Under the pieces are notes generated by a model that searched no databases, was not told the DNA's origin, and saw only the letters and a program-made list of their open reading frames with translations. A stretch of DNA of 64,000 bases. Source: Lingula anatina. Taxonomy: Eukaryota; Animalia; Brachiopoda. The position numbers and the translations under genes were made by a program. Positions within the stretch are counted from its first letter, which is position 1; each line of letters begins with the position of its first letter. The stretch covers positions 14,632,001-14,696,000 of the forward strand of contig CM120641.1 in assembly GCA_051362555.1 (NCBI GenBank). The letters run 5' to 3'. Positions 50,725 through 64,000 of this stretch are shown here, in pieces.

Positions 50725-53700
50725 AGTTTAAGATGCCCCCCCCCCCCCCCCCCCCCCCTCATAGAAAATTCTGCATCTGAGTAATATTACTATTTGAAAT
50801 TAAGTGTTATTTAATTTTTTAATTGCACAGGAGAGTTAGGTGCACGGTATTTGTAGTTATAGAAGCTCATTGTGCTAATACAATAGTAACAAATATGTAG
50901 TAAGATTAGAAATTTAAATCTAGAAATTGTACACTCTTGCCTTGCCATTCTTTTTTTTCTTTAACAAAAAGCATATTGAACTTGCTTTTTCTATTTTGTC
51001 TCTAAGAATGGCAATATAACACCACGAGTCTTATTAAAGTCATGTATAGCTTTTCTTAAAGGAAACAAAGTTTTTGTGTAATTTAACACTTGCTTTGTTA
51101 ATAGAAACAAATATCAAATCATTTTGAGAATTCAAGTATGCCAATTTAATGATATACTTTTTAATAGTAAAAAACTTACTTAATTAGTCTCTGGCTTTTA
51201 CTTGTTATGCTTATATAGTATTTCAAATCTTGTTTTTGATACATATTTTCAAAAAGGGAACACTCTAATGTAATGTAATTGAAAACAAAATGGTGATCTT
51301 ATTGGTGGCTAGTGTGGCAAGAAATGAAGTGAACCTTGATTTTGTTTCCATTGTCCCCTTGTAAAGACTATGAGTCGTTGTTGTAGTGACCCTTTTCAAA
51401 AATATTTGTACTTATGAAAACATAGCCCATTCTTCATATTATGGTGCATTACCAGTTGAGAAATCAAGTTGTAACAGAAAGCAGACAGCTTTGTAGCTCC
51501 ACTAATAATAGAAGTAAATTGTGGGAAGGAAGGGCTAACAGGTGTTCATAATTACTTCAACTTGGTTTTGAGGCGTGCTTTAGACAAAGGAAATTGCAGA
51601 CTACTTGTCTCTTGAATTTTCAAACTAGGTATCTAATTTTTTTCAGTGGCACTCAGAAAATTAGACATGTGTAAATAACAAATTTGTTGCAATTTAAAAT
51701 TAGCAGATTTATAGATAAATGTTTTTGATTTGGCTGTGCTCTGAAATTTCATCTTAAAGCAAAAACAAGTATTATCCTGAAAATAAAAAGCATACTTATC
51801 CACAAATAGTTGTTAATCATTGCTTTGGAAGCAGACTGATTGCCCCATTTATGATATGGCACCTGATTTTCACAAAATAAACAAGCTTATCAGTGAAAAT
51901 CAGAAAATGAGGCAAAGAGATTTTATATTTCCGCTTTGCAAATTTTCATGATATAAAGTAAACATATTGTCTGTTTGCATTTTCACCTTTGTAAATATAT
52001 GGTATGAAGTCATTATGTTGTGTACCTTGGTTTTATTCCGTTGTTCAGGGTTGATTTTTTTTGCTGTTAGAGTGGTGTAAAGTAACAATAAATTTCAGGA
52101 TGTTTTTTTTACTTGACCATGTAATTGTGGCATTGAGCCATAGCATAAAGATACAAAAAAAAGTGGAAATTGCATTGTTAGCTTAGATAAGTACCTCTGC
52201 TGAATATTTTTTGTTGTCTAGTTCGTAAAGTCCATTTATGACTGTATTTACATATAGGCTGCCGTAATATTTTTGCCAGTAATTTCACGAATGCAGCTAG
52301 TGATATATGACATGTACAGCGACTAAGCATTAATAATTCACAACCCGGTAATGTTTGACACACAGAGCTGGGTCAGAGGTTAACCAATGAGCATTGAGTA
52401 CACATTGCCAGCTGTGAGCTGCGTGTATGTATGGACTGCGGCAGTTAGTCTTGTGGTATTGATCAGAATGGGTAGGTAGAGCAGGTTATGAGTGAGAAAT
52501 CTCAACGTTTTTGTACTGCACTACCAATCAAGGTGTCAACAAATTCATTCCATTGCCGGTGCCTTGCATCTTGAAATTCACTGTGCCACATCCCTCTTGT
52601 AAAGGTAAGAAGAAAGAGGATCATATTACACTGCTTATTTATCAGGTCACCTATATAGTGGAGCTTATTTTGCAAAGCTTACTGTAGAGGTCTTGATAAG
52701 ATATTCAGGAGAGACATGATCTTGGATTAAAGATACTTGAACATGAAACTCACTGACATTTCATAATTTCTGCGTAGTGAAGCACTGGTAGTCATGTTCC
52801 TCTGTTTTATTGCTTGGTTAAACAGGAGTTCCCTGTCTTTGCTGCTCGATTCCATATTGTTCTATGGTTCACTTATTTTGATGATACATCTAGTTGAGGT
52901 CAGAGGCTCATGAATTATTCATGGTATAGTTATATTTGGTGGGATATGGTTACGTTTGTCCTGCTGTTTTGAATGTTATTGTATATTATCTGAAACAATG
53001 ATGGCAGTGATGTAAGGGTTTCAGTGCACTTATCAGCAGTGTTTTCTTTCCCCTGTTATTTCCTACATTGACAACAATCCCCCTGTGTTAGTTATTTTTA
53101 TGGCAGTTTGCTCTATACATGTTTATGATACCTCTGAAAAATGTATTCTTGAAGCAAAAAGTAAGAGGGTTTTTGTCGGAGTCAGGTGGCATGCCAATAC
53201 ATGTTAAAAAGTAAAGAAAGTTATAAGTAGTGTAGATAAATAGTATTGCATTGAGGCAGCAACTTGAGATATATTTAAGTAAAATATTTTAAGCTGAAAA
53301 GTATTGTCATTTATATTTGTTGTACTCTTTGTCTATCTATAGTAAATTTTGCAAGTGTTAAATTTAAGTAATTGATCATAACAAAATAATAGTAAAAAAC
53401 ATTGTAGTGAAAGAAGTGAAATTTCCATATTTGGTCAATAATTATAAGAAAGATCTTGTTTTAACTGATGTTGAAATTCTAAACAAAAGGTGCCTGATTA
53501 ATGCATTTCCTGTCAACCTACCTGACATTTAGTTGAAATAATAAGGTTGCATTTTATATGTTGGATCAAGGGCGTTGTCTGCCCCAATGCAAATTTTTTT
53601 TTGCGAGATGTGATTCATAGTCTGGTTTAATAACTTCATAGACGAGAGGACTTTGTTTATGGGTATTTGCTATACTTTCAGCAAACATTAGAAGAGAGGA

Positions 53701-55649
53701 GTGAGGTAGAAAGATCAAGTTAATTGTTTGTGTAGGTCTCAGTGTTGGATTTAATCTGCTTGCTTTAATACATTGCTCTTCAAGCTTGCTATGAAAAGTG
53801 CTCATATGCAGAATAGAAAGATGCATGCATGTTGCAGAGAGAAAAAAAAATTCAGTAACCTGCATGTTTTGTTAATTGTCCTAATAGGTCAAATAGGGAA
53901 TCTTACCAATTAACATAATTTTTTGTCTGATTAATGGCTTCATTGTTCTTTGTGCATCTGGTTATTGATTTAGATTTTTTGTCAGACCATCTCTATCAGG
54001 TTCAACAATGTCATCTTTTCCATACAGAAAGATTAGAAGAGGGTTTTCATGGAGGTGAGAGATTGCAGTCATACATTGCTTTTGTATTTCATATCATGTA
54101 AACACTCTACTTGTACTTTCTTTTGGGTTACTGGAGGAACACTCCTTTGGAATAATGGGGAAGTAAAAGACAATCCATCAAGAGAAATTGTTTTGTTGTA
54201 CATATAACATATCCAATTGTAGACTGGACAACATTGTATGCCTATTGTGCATACCCATTGTTATTGTAGTGCAAATATCACATCTGTGTCCAAGTCACCA
54301 AATCCTGATTAACTGGAGATTATGATAGCATGATGTGACAGTAAATCTGTGAAGTAGCCCTATTATGTCAGCCATGTTACTTACAGGAAATTGGAAATAC
54401 CTGGATCCACCTGGATTGAATTTTTTTTCACCTTATCAGTGATGGAGAGATTTGTTTGACGGAATTTATAAATGAAAATTTATCTGAGCATTAGCTGTAG
54501 AAGTCTTTAAGCCATATTCACTGTAACACTGGCAAAGATTTATTTGATGGCTAAGGAAAATTTTTTGATAAGAATTGTTATCATAACATAAGAACTGCTC
54601 GTAATACATAAATAATTCATGTTTCAAGTAAGGGCACTGACAGTGTTGCTCTTATCTACTGGAAACTTTTGAAGTTGTGGGCAAGGTATCATAAAATATA
54701 AACTGATAAGAACTACTTATGCGTAGGGTTAGTGAAATTGATATCAGTAAGTGTATATTCAGTTTACCAGGGCCTATTGCAGTTTTAACTCAAGACATTG
54801 AACTGGTGATTTCAGTTTTATGTTTTTCACTACGTAAGTTTTTTTATTCATATTAACAGATGTTACAATTAGTATTTTTGGATTTGGAAAAAGAAAAACA
54901 TATGGATAAATAATGATTTAAGGGAAGGGAAATACTTAACCAGTGACTGTCTGTCACACAAAGACTTACAAAAATGTACTGTGTGCTGCACTATAGTTTG
55001 TCTCATTGAACAGTGCTACATGCTATAACATGCTTGAAGAAATTGCTCTCGAGATAAAAGCCATAAAAACTTGCATAGAAGTTTGTCATGTTGTGTCTGT
55101 ATTACATGTGACTAGTCAGTAAATATTAATATTTCTGTCATGCATAAATTCTTCTTGTACAACACATTTTTATAGGAGGAGAATTCAAACTTATGACAGG
55201 TTATTATAATTAGCTAAGGCTACCACGCCTTTGATGATTGTAGATTTTGATAGCTGTAACTGTGGTGACGTATGGTACTTTCCATCTGCCTCCTCATTTG
55301 TCTCGAAGGGTTTGCATTTAACAGTTGGAGTGGAAAGGGAAGATAATGCACTTATAATGTTTAAGACAGAAGGGTAATAACCCAGTGGGAACTTGACAGT
55401 GTTTCTTTTAGTGGTTTACCTAATGTGAAGCGAGATTATTAATGACTCTCTCTCTTTGGTTTACTTAATGTAAATCAGAAACTTTTTTATAAAGTCTAGG
55501 ATATACGAAAAAATTAATTATAAAGCAAAGTGGGATAATTGCTTCTAGGAAATGGTGTTAATTGATGATTTTGTAAATGAGTGGTAAACTCTGTTACCAC
55601 CTGTCATCTTTTATGTTGAAAATTATGATGAATTACATCTTTATTTCAG

Positions 55650-55865
55650 GTCTTGCAAAGAGACATTGAGTCTCGTTCAAAAATTGTTTCGGCTGTTCTG
55701 AAGCTTTGTGAGCGTTTAGAGGGAGACAAGAGAGCATGTTCCGATGAAGATGACAAAGATACTCTACAGTTTGCAGCCCTGAATCTAGAGCGTCGTTGGC
55801 ATGCTATTTGGCTACAGTCACTGGAGTGGCAGTGCCGCTTGGAGGAGGCTATCAGTAGGAAGAAG
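55650..55865 (+). CDS. Klarsicht/AKAP6-like exon
   Basis: VLQRDIESRSKIVSAVLKLCERL...NLERRWHAIWLQSLEWQCRLE resembles the klarsicht/AKAP6 spectrin repeat as I recall it; phase 0-0. Confidence 0.88.
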
Positions 55866-58800
55866 GTATATTTGCTTCACTTGCTTCTCAAATCTTTCAC
55901 TTGAAAACTCTTATTTGAATTATATGAGTAGTAGCAAAATATCTCTACCATAAATATTTATGAATTTCAACCATTTTGCTACACACAAAATTTCCAAAAC
56001 TGTATCAATTTATTTAAAGTTTTCTAGTCCAATTTTCAGAAATTATATACCACAGTACAATTTGATAAATCACATTGTTAAAATTTAGTGAGAGATATCC
56101 ATATTCACTTTGCGTATGACTGAAAACTTACTAAGTGTATGTTAGATAGGAGATGGAATTGGAGGTGGGATGTCATGTTTGCCATATGATTAAATAAATA
56201 TTAGCAGATAATATTGATAAATAAGTTGTCTGTGGCTTATCTCTGTTTTTGAATATAGGACGTTTTCTTGGAAGACCAGTTGGTGTTCATTAGAGTTTTT
56301 TCTGGTTGTAGAATATTTGAAACATGGTTGAGACATGTTTATTCTTATTTCCTGATGTATAGCATTTTAGTATTAGGCTATTATGAACAGAGCCTGGTAC
56401 AGTTCAGCTTTAAGAACACCAGTCAAACCACAAATATATAATTTATGATATTTATTAGATTTTGAAAAGTTCTGCTCTGTTTAATTCACCATTTTCTCCT
56501 GTCTGCTAACAATGGAGTCTGGAAATTGGATAATTTGTGGGGGTAAGCAGTCATTGAGAGTGGACATTAGAGGAACCTTGACATGTTTTACACTTATGTG
56601 TCTGAACCATTGTAGTAGTTATATAGTACTTAACATCAAAATGAACTCTTTTATTGTAGACATTTATAATACATTTATCTTTTTAGTCGGGTTCTTCAGC
56701 ACCCCTTTACAATTTCATGCATTGGTGCAATCTCACAAGTTAGGAACTGGTGGCAAGTCCACTATGCAGACCTCCTTAATAAAATTATGCTTTTCAAAAG
56801 CCTTAAGAGACATTAAAGGGCTTCTTTGCCATTTTTCATCTCAGTTTTCATTGATACCCTCATTTCTTTTGTTGAAGTGTTTTGGCACAAAGATAATCTG
56901 GTGAAGAATTTTTATATTCCACTGTATTAAATGAACCGTACAAATCATTTAACAAAAATCAAGCATGATTGTCAGGTTAAATTATACCAGCAGAACATGG
57001 CAATGTACAGAGATACAGAAATAACTAGCAGACTATATCCAGGTGTCCATCTATGACTAATGCCTATTAAATAATGCAGGTATCATTGTCAGGTGGATCT
57101 TTTTCCTGGCTCAGCCCTCTGACAGTTTTGATGGACAGGTATTTATGTCATATCTGTAGAACAAGTGTGCTGGTTGGCACATCAGGTTTACAGGTGTCAG
57201 AGTTTACTTGAGTTAAATGTTAACATTTCCAAGATACATTGCCACTGAAGTTAATAATGATATTATGTATACCTGCGAATTTATTGGCATGGGAAGACAC
57301 GTTCCACTTTGTAGATAATATCAGCTGAAGAAAGTGTCATTATCATATATGTAAGTCACTTATCTTGTCATCTTTTGATGTATTTGGAAGTGGAATAATT
57401 GTAAGACCTGTGTAGAAAATAAATGCCTTAGTTCGATAGTATTTATTGCTGGACCTAAAGGGAAAAGGGGATGTAAAGCTATTAAGAGGATAATATGTAG
57501 AATTGGCCCAAATATCCACATGTATTTCACAAAAATACAAGATTATCATATATTCATGTAATAGATAACTGGTAAAACTTACGGATCTAGGAGTCCAGAT
57601 ATGCAGATGGATATCTTGTGATGTGCCATGTTGTCTTAAAAAAATCATAGCAATGAAGTTGCAATTGCCTGTTAGCACAGATACAGGATAATAAAGACAA
57701 GGGAAATTTATCATTATAGCACAGTGTAGACCTTAGGTCATGTGGAAACTGAATGGTCATTTTGCTTTAAGCTATGGATAGTAATCATCACACTATTTGA
57801 TCATTCACCTGTCTGTGTTGACCATGGTATCATGGATGAGTTCCCTTCTATTATAGACTAGCTATTCAGTTAAATCAGATATCTGGGCAATAAAAGTTCT
57901 GACCAGAAGCCATAATAACTCTCAAGTCCAAAGTGGTCAGTTTGCACTATTCTTCAAGTTCAGTTGACATAGGAATGGAAGATTTTAGGCTGGCACTTTT
58001 GTTAACACATGCTTGAAGTCAGGTAGGTTGAACATAATCATGTTTAGGTTTTGACCATTTGATTAGATAAGGTGTTTGGAGTAGGTCTTAATCTGATTTA
58101 ATAGGGATATGTACATGGATTGTTGCACGTTTCATTATTTTGTTACTAGATGGGGTAACATTTGCATGCATTATGGAATTCGGGATAATATATAATTAAA
58201 TCTGGATTGCATTATCTTATTATTCATCTGGTGAAAGATTGGCAACAAATCAAAGTTGGGATTGATGGTCTGTAGTAAAACTTTGGGTCAGAATGTACTT
58301 TTTACATATTTGCTATTCATACATGTACTTAAGAAATAGGGAAGCAGACATTTTGAAATAATCAAGGTTTGGTTTTAGAGTCTTGTCTGAAGTCATGTGA
58401 ACAGATTATTGAATCTGCTTCTCCACATGGTTTCATTGTTCAAAGAAAACTTGAGTTTGGAGTGCTTCATCTGAACCAAGCCATTAATAATTCCTGCCCA
58501 AGTGGTTACACAATGGGAGAGTTAATTGGAATTATCAGGATAAGCAAACATTTGCTGATTGCTGCATTTATCCACATCTCCTCCTTTTTTTTTTTTACAA
58601 AACTATTTTTAATTGACTATCTACATGGAAACGATTTCAGCTAATTGTAGTTTAGAGTGCTGTTTTCTTAATGCTCCTGTCATTTCCAGATGCTTTGTTT
58701 GAAATAAGTTAACACACCTTTTTGCTTTTTTGTAGTGCTGTATTGGATCAGATAAGGTTTGTAACCTATAGTTTGGAGATGAAATGCTGGAAAGTGAATT

Positions 58801-59537
58801 ATGTTTGTGCCAATCAATACAGCACAAAATAGATATTTATCTTTTCTATAGACATAATGATGAAGGGACTTGAAAGTGATTATTGCTTGCAAAATACTGC
58901 GAATCTACAGAAGACTTTATGTATTTTTCTTCATACAAGGGTATTTTTGTGTGATCTTAGGAAGAAGACAACATAATATGAGAATGTTTTTATTTTAATA
59001 TACTCAACATTTAAACGTAATTTGAACTTCACATTTAAATGGATAATTTATTTTATTGATTAGTTTTAGTTCTGTAGAAATATTGTTCACAGTACTTAAA
59101 AATATTGCATGGGTTATTTATCTTTTGCTCATGTGAAGATGATAATTAAGACTCCCTGATTAAGATATCATATACTTAGATGATCTGTAGGGCATGAACA
59201 CATACCTCAGTAAATTGGAATTTTAATAAGTATCTAATTGAACTGTCAGCTGTCTATACAGGTATCTTGTCTGTACTTGGGTTTAAACTTATCCTCAGAG
59301 GATAAGTGATCTCTTTCTTACATAGTCTCTTTCACTTAGACCACCATATTTCTAGCTTGATCAGTGGTACATAAGTAAATAGAGGGATTTTCATTTTCCA
59401 AGGTTCGTGTTTTGTTCTACTACTTGTCATTCAGTCTCAGTACTGATTTTATGATTTATGAAAATTGCAAACTTTGATTAGTTAATCATTGTTTTTTTAT
59501 TGATGAAATACTGATGTTTTTTTTTCTTTGTTTTCAG

Positions 59538-61803
59538 GGCCTAATTACACCTGTCTCTCAGGCATCTTCCTTTGGTGGGTTTAACTTCCACAGTGCATCC
59601 CAGCTCAGCATACCACCTACAGATATTGGAGATAGTGAGAGAAGTGACTACACGGACACAGACATTGATGACTTTAACAACTCTGACATCATTCCCTTTG
59701 CTGAAAACGAGTATGAAAAGATAACATCCGAAGTTGATGTTCAGACGGAGAAGGACGAAAAGAACACCGAGAAAGAACCTGGTTCAGCCATTGATGATTT
59801 ATTAGAAGCAAAAGACAGCAATGAGAAGAAGTCTGTTGTGTTGAGTAGTATCCAAGGCAGTTCCTCGAATGAGCCTTTGGAACATGCTAGCATGGAGAAA
59901 GGTAAACAACGGACAACCAAAGGGACTAAAGGGTCTGTGGAGGGTCAACAAAGCAGTCAAGAAGAAAGCAAATTGGAGGTGATGGGCAGCAGTCCCCCCA
60001 CTAAGGATGATGACCTCTACACAATGGTGGTCAGTGCCCTAAATGGGAAGGACTCGACTGAGGAGACCACTGCTTCTTCTGATGACAGTAAGCTAGAGAG
60101 CCATGATGTTGGATACTCTAGTGGTGGACAGTCTAATGAAGAAGTTGAGTACAGCATCACTGAGACCACACAGGAGGTAAAAACAACCAAGATTCTCGTG
60201 AAGGAAACACAACATACAACCATCTCTGTCAAGAAGGATGACACCTTGGAGGCATCAGTAAGTGAGATTAATGATTCCACTTTTACCAATGTGTCCTCCC
60301 TGCCCAGCGCTGAGGAATCCCCATACCAGGCTGCGTTTGGGAATGATAGCAGTCAAACCCAGGAGGATCAAGAACCAAATGGAGAGGATTCTGAGAAGTA
60401 TGAAGAGGCATTATCATCACCAAGCAAGAGATTTTATAGAATGACATCAGTTGAAGAAGAATTTGCAGCTGAAAACCGAGGCAGTAATACTGAGGAAATG
60501 ACCCAAGGCTACAAATCTGGGACTGAATCTGATACCCAATCCAATGCCAAAGTGCGTACGAGGCTAGACTTCTTGATACAAGACTTAGAACACCGTCTGG
60601 AAGAAGATACTAAACCCCGTTCTCGTACGAGCTCTGCCAGTGCTTTTGGATTTGATGATGAAGATTCCTCTAGCTCTCTTACTTCTGATGAGGAGCATGT
60701 TGACACTCAGAACAACAACTCATTTATAGAAAATTTGGATACATTTGAGGATTACAACCATACTCTAGATACTTACAAAAGTCACAGCAAAAGATCTAGT
60801 GATGAAAAATCAGAATCCTTGGCAGTGCAAGCTAATTCTGATTCTGATCATCATCAAGAAGTCACCCAAGATGATGAGCTGGATGGAGCTCCCAATTATG
60901 ATTTAGAACAAGCACATATACCAAATAGCAGAGAGTCTGTAGAACGCTTGGTGCGACAAGCAGAGTCCTTTGTCAGAGATGGGGATTTCAACATTCAGAC
61001 GAACAGGTGGACTGAAACATCAGGCAAAAGACGAAGAAGGAGAAAGAAGAAAGACACTAGCACCGATTCCTCTGCCAATGACAATGCGGGGAATTATGTG
61101 GAAAGTTCTTGTGATGCAAGCAGTGAATATACCAGTGACTCTGAGAGTTCATCGTCCAATGAGGAAAATCTCTACAGCAGTGTGATTTTCAAAGAGACCA
61201 CTGTCACAGTAGAGACACAGAATGAAGGACATGTTGACAGTGTAACAGCCCAAGGTAGCAGTTTGTCTGCTACAAGTTCCCCTAATAGAGAGGTTCCACA
61301 TGGGGTCAAAATGAGGCGAAAAACCAACCGCCACAAACAAAACGGCCGCCCATGGAGTGTGACAGAACTCTATGAGCTAACAAATCGATTAGACTTTTCT
61401 CCTTTTTCCATATCAGAAGGTGCGCTTGATGCCTTAGGAGGAAGCCAACCTGATTCTTTAAACAAAGTGACTGCCTCTGGTACAGAACTATGTTCATGGA
61501 GGGGTGCTACACTGCATAAGCTTTCCCCACATCCCAAACGTAAACACCATACAAAACTCATGAAAATGAAGCGAAGTGTGTCAGAGAGTGAAAAGTTGTC
61601 ACAGGAACCACAGGTTGGTTCCAGTGAAAGTCCTAGGGAAGATAATAAATCTCTCTCAGAGCATGAAACTCTGTATGCTATGGTGGCGGGTGCCCTGGAT
61701 GCCAGAGAACATGCTGGGTCTAGTCAGGAGGAAAGAAGTCAGTACAGCCTCCATACTGGCCAGTTGTCTGCAGTCTCTGGAGAAGGAAACCAGTCAGATT
61801 TGG
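59538..61803 (+). CDS. Klarsicht/AKAP6-like giant acidic Ser-rich exon
   Basis: 2266 nt open frame, ttttcag acceptor, G|GTAAGT donor (phase 0-1); short motifs SCDASSE, RPWS and FSISE within low-complexity sequence. Confidence 0.87.
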
Positions 61804-62704
61804 GTAAGTGGAAAATACTTTTCTGTTGGAAAACCTTGTACCTTCAATGTATTAAATGCAAATGTTAACATTCTATATTTGAATTTCACTTTTCAGATAT
61901 TTGTAGGACATTTCACCTTTCAAAATATATTAATTTTTTATAGCAAAATGAGACCTGGGATAGGAAGCTTGAGATTCATAGTACAAAATGTGCTATGATG
62001 TATCTTTATAATGTTTCACCAAACAGAAACTGACAATAAACTAGTCTGTGGTAGATTGGAAATAGAAGCATTTCTCCAAGGGAAACTGTGAAGATTATCG
62101 ATCAGTTTGTGAATCTGTAATTAATGTTTACACTTGGTCTATAGTGTTCAAGTATGTACAAGAAGTGGTGTACAATATTGGATGAGTGTGTGAGCACCTA
62201 TTGCAGTAGATGTGCTTCCTGAGAAATGCTGTTGCTTTTGTGCAAATACTTGATGTAATGATATTTGCTCTTGGTCTTAACTTTAGTTTCTTGTGTTCAT
62301 AAACAATATTTTTCTGTGCTGACCAGCATTTTGGAAGTCTATTAATATGTTTTGTTCCTTAAAAGATGATTGTGTGGAGAACAACTTAAGGAAATAAAAC
62401 CTGATATTTTGCCAGCTAGGTCTGCTCCATGTTTACTTTTCTTTGTATACAAGCTAAAGAAAGCAAAGAGAGCAAATTGTAGTTGCACAAAAGACCTGGC
62501 CATTCACTGATATTGAATTGTATTGAATATTGAGAATAAATTAGGGCAGCCATAGAATTTACCCTAATAACAACTGTAGATTGTATGAAGTGTAGCGTCG
62601 GTCTGCAGTAGCTTACTTCTAATAACTTCCATAGCGTCACCATCTTCAGGATCAAGAGTGATGTTTTGTGACACCTACTTTATAGTATCGATGGGTTTTG
62701 ATAG

Positions 62705-63805
62705 GTCTCTTTAATTTCTGCAAAATGTCTGGAACATATGGAGGATACTCCTCCTCAAGAAAATACACTGGGAGAGCTTCAAGCAGTACTGGTTATTCAT
62801 CAAGTTCTTACTCTATGAGTTATTCCTCTTACTCTGGTATAGGAACATCATCTTCAACATCATCATTCTCTGGATTAGGGTCAGCAACTTCAAATTACTC
62901 TGGAATTGGTTCAACTATTTCAAACTATTCCAGCCTTGGTATAGGAAGTTCTGGAGCTGGTAGTTCAAGCTACTCTTCTTCTGGTCAAGGGTCATTAGGA
63001 ACTTCAGAAAAAAGGAGTAGTTTTGAAAGAAGCCCTCGATCAGGCTATGGTTTAGACCAGAGGTATGCCAGCACACCTGTAGACTTTGGAGCATCAAGTT
63101 CAACAACACGATTAAGCTCTGGGTTGACTAGTGGAACAGGCTATGAGTCTCCAAGGGAACGTGATCCCACTCCAAGAGGATACAGCTCTGAAAGCTCTAC
63201 TAGAAGCTATGGTTCAGACAGGTATTCAAAGGGATATGATTCTGACACAAGATCTCCCAGGGGTTACAATACTAACCTTACCACGTCACCAAGAAGTGTT
63301 GTTTCAGACAAATCAAGAAGCCCTGAAGAGATTTCTAGTGCAACATACAGTTCACTTCAAACTGAAAGTTTAAACACAAATACCAAGACATATCAGTATG
63401 TGGAGAGGAAATCACTTACTAATGCCAGTGTTAGTCGCCATTCTGGTTTGGATACAAGTGGGATCTATGTCTCTGATCCTATTGACAGAGAAGGCAGAGT
63501 AAACTATGTTGTTGGGAGCACATATAGTTTGAACCAAAAAAATAGATCATCATCATCTTCAGAACAAATCCTGAAAAGTTTCAGCATCGAAAACGAAGAT
63601 AAGACTAAGACAACTGAGGTTACTGAAACTGTATCAAAGTCGAGTCTTGGTAATGCAGTGAATTATGAGAATTCAAGCACTGAAAAATCTGATTTAAAGA
63701 TTAGTCTGGATTTTAACAACACAGATGAAGGCTCTGATTTGGTGGACACTAGTATAAGTTATGATGCAGACAAGAGTGTTAGTTATGGGACAGATAAAAG
63801 TGAAG
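62705..63805 (+). CDS. Ser/Gly/Tyr-rich exon: cassette exon or alternative first exon (ATG 62725) of the same gene
   Basis: 379-codon ORF; weak gatag acceptor at 62704 is in phase 1; candidate donor GAAG|GTACAA at 63805 is also phase 1; caaaATGT start context at 62725; boundaries uncertain. Confidence 0.6.
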
Positions 63806-64000
63806 GTACAAATAGAGTGTTCAGATGGCTGTGGTAGCGTAATCTATTTTTTAATGTTCTTCACTTGATTATATTATGAGGATTAAAATGTGTTTGTGCT
63901 CATGCAGCATTTTGGATAAAAGTATATGTGTATTACTGATTTGTTAATAGACAAATCTGGTGGCATTTAGGGAACTAAGACTATTTTTTAGGTAGTCTAG

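Noticed and set aside
44934-63373. Antisense and alternate-frame ORFs inside the large exons
   Set aside because: Expected shadow ORFs of long coding exons

Overview
AT-rich, intron-containing animal genomic DNA; gene content and repeat families look lophotrochozoan/mollusc-like, but the species cannot be determined from the sequence. Four genes were reconstructed by hand from GT-AG junctions with consistent phase. (1) KLHDC3 on the minus strand: 7 coding exons, running off the window start. (2) WDR74/Nsa1 on the plus strand, head-to-head with KLHDC3: complete, 10 exons, 384 aa. (3) A fuseless-family membrane protein on the plus strand: complete, 3 exons, 374 aa. (4) A large spectrin-repeat klarsicht/AKAP6-like gene on the plus strand: at least 7-8 coding exons, running off the window end. 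The non-coding DNA holds several structurally clear non-autonomous DNA transposons: a ~3.9 kb Helentron/HINE-type element carrying nine ~161-bp satellite units that fills fuseless intron 1; three copies of a TTAA-flanked Kolobok-like MITE, one inserted exactly at the fuseless stop codon and itself carrying a young foldback element with ~155-165 bp arms; and a 1.09 kb TTA-flanked TIR element with a broken ORF. I do not see a convincing wholly new biological system. The best leads are the nested TE-derived hairpin at the start of the fuseless 3' UTR, the satellite-bearing Helentron, and the unusual architecture of the klarsicht/AKAP6-like gene. Family names are from recall of motifs, not from database searches.
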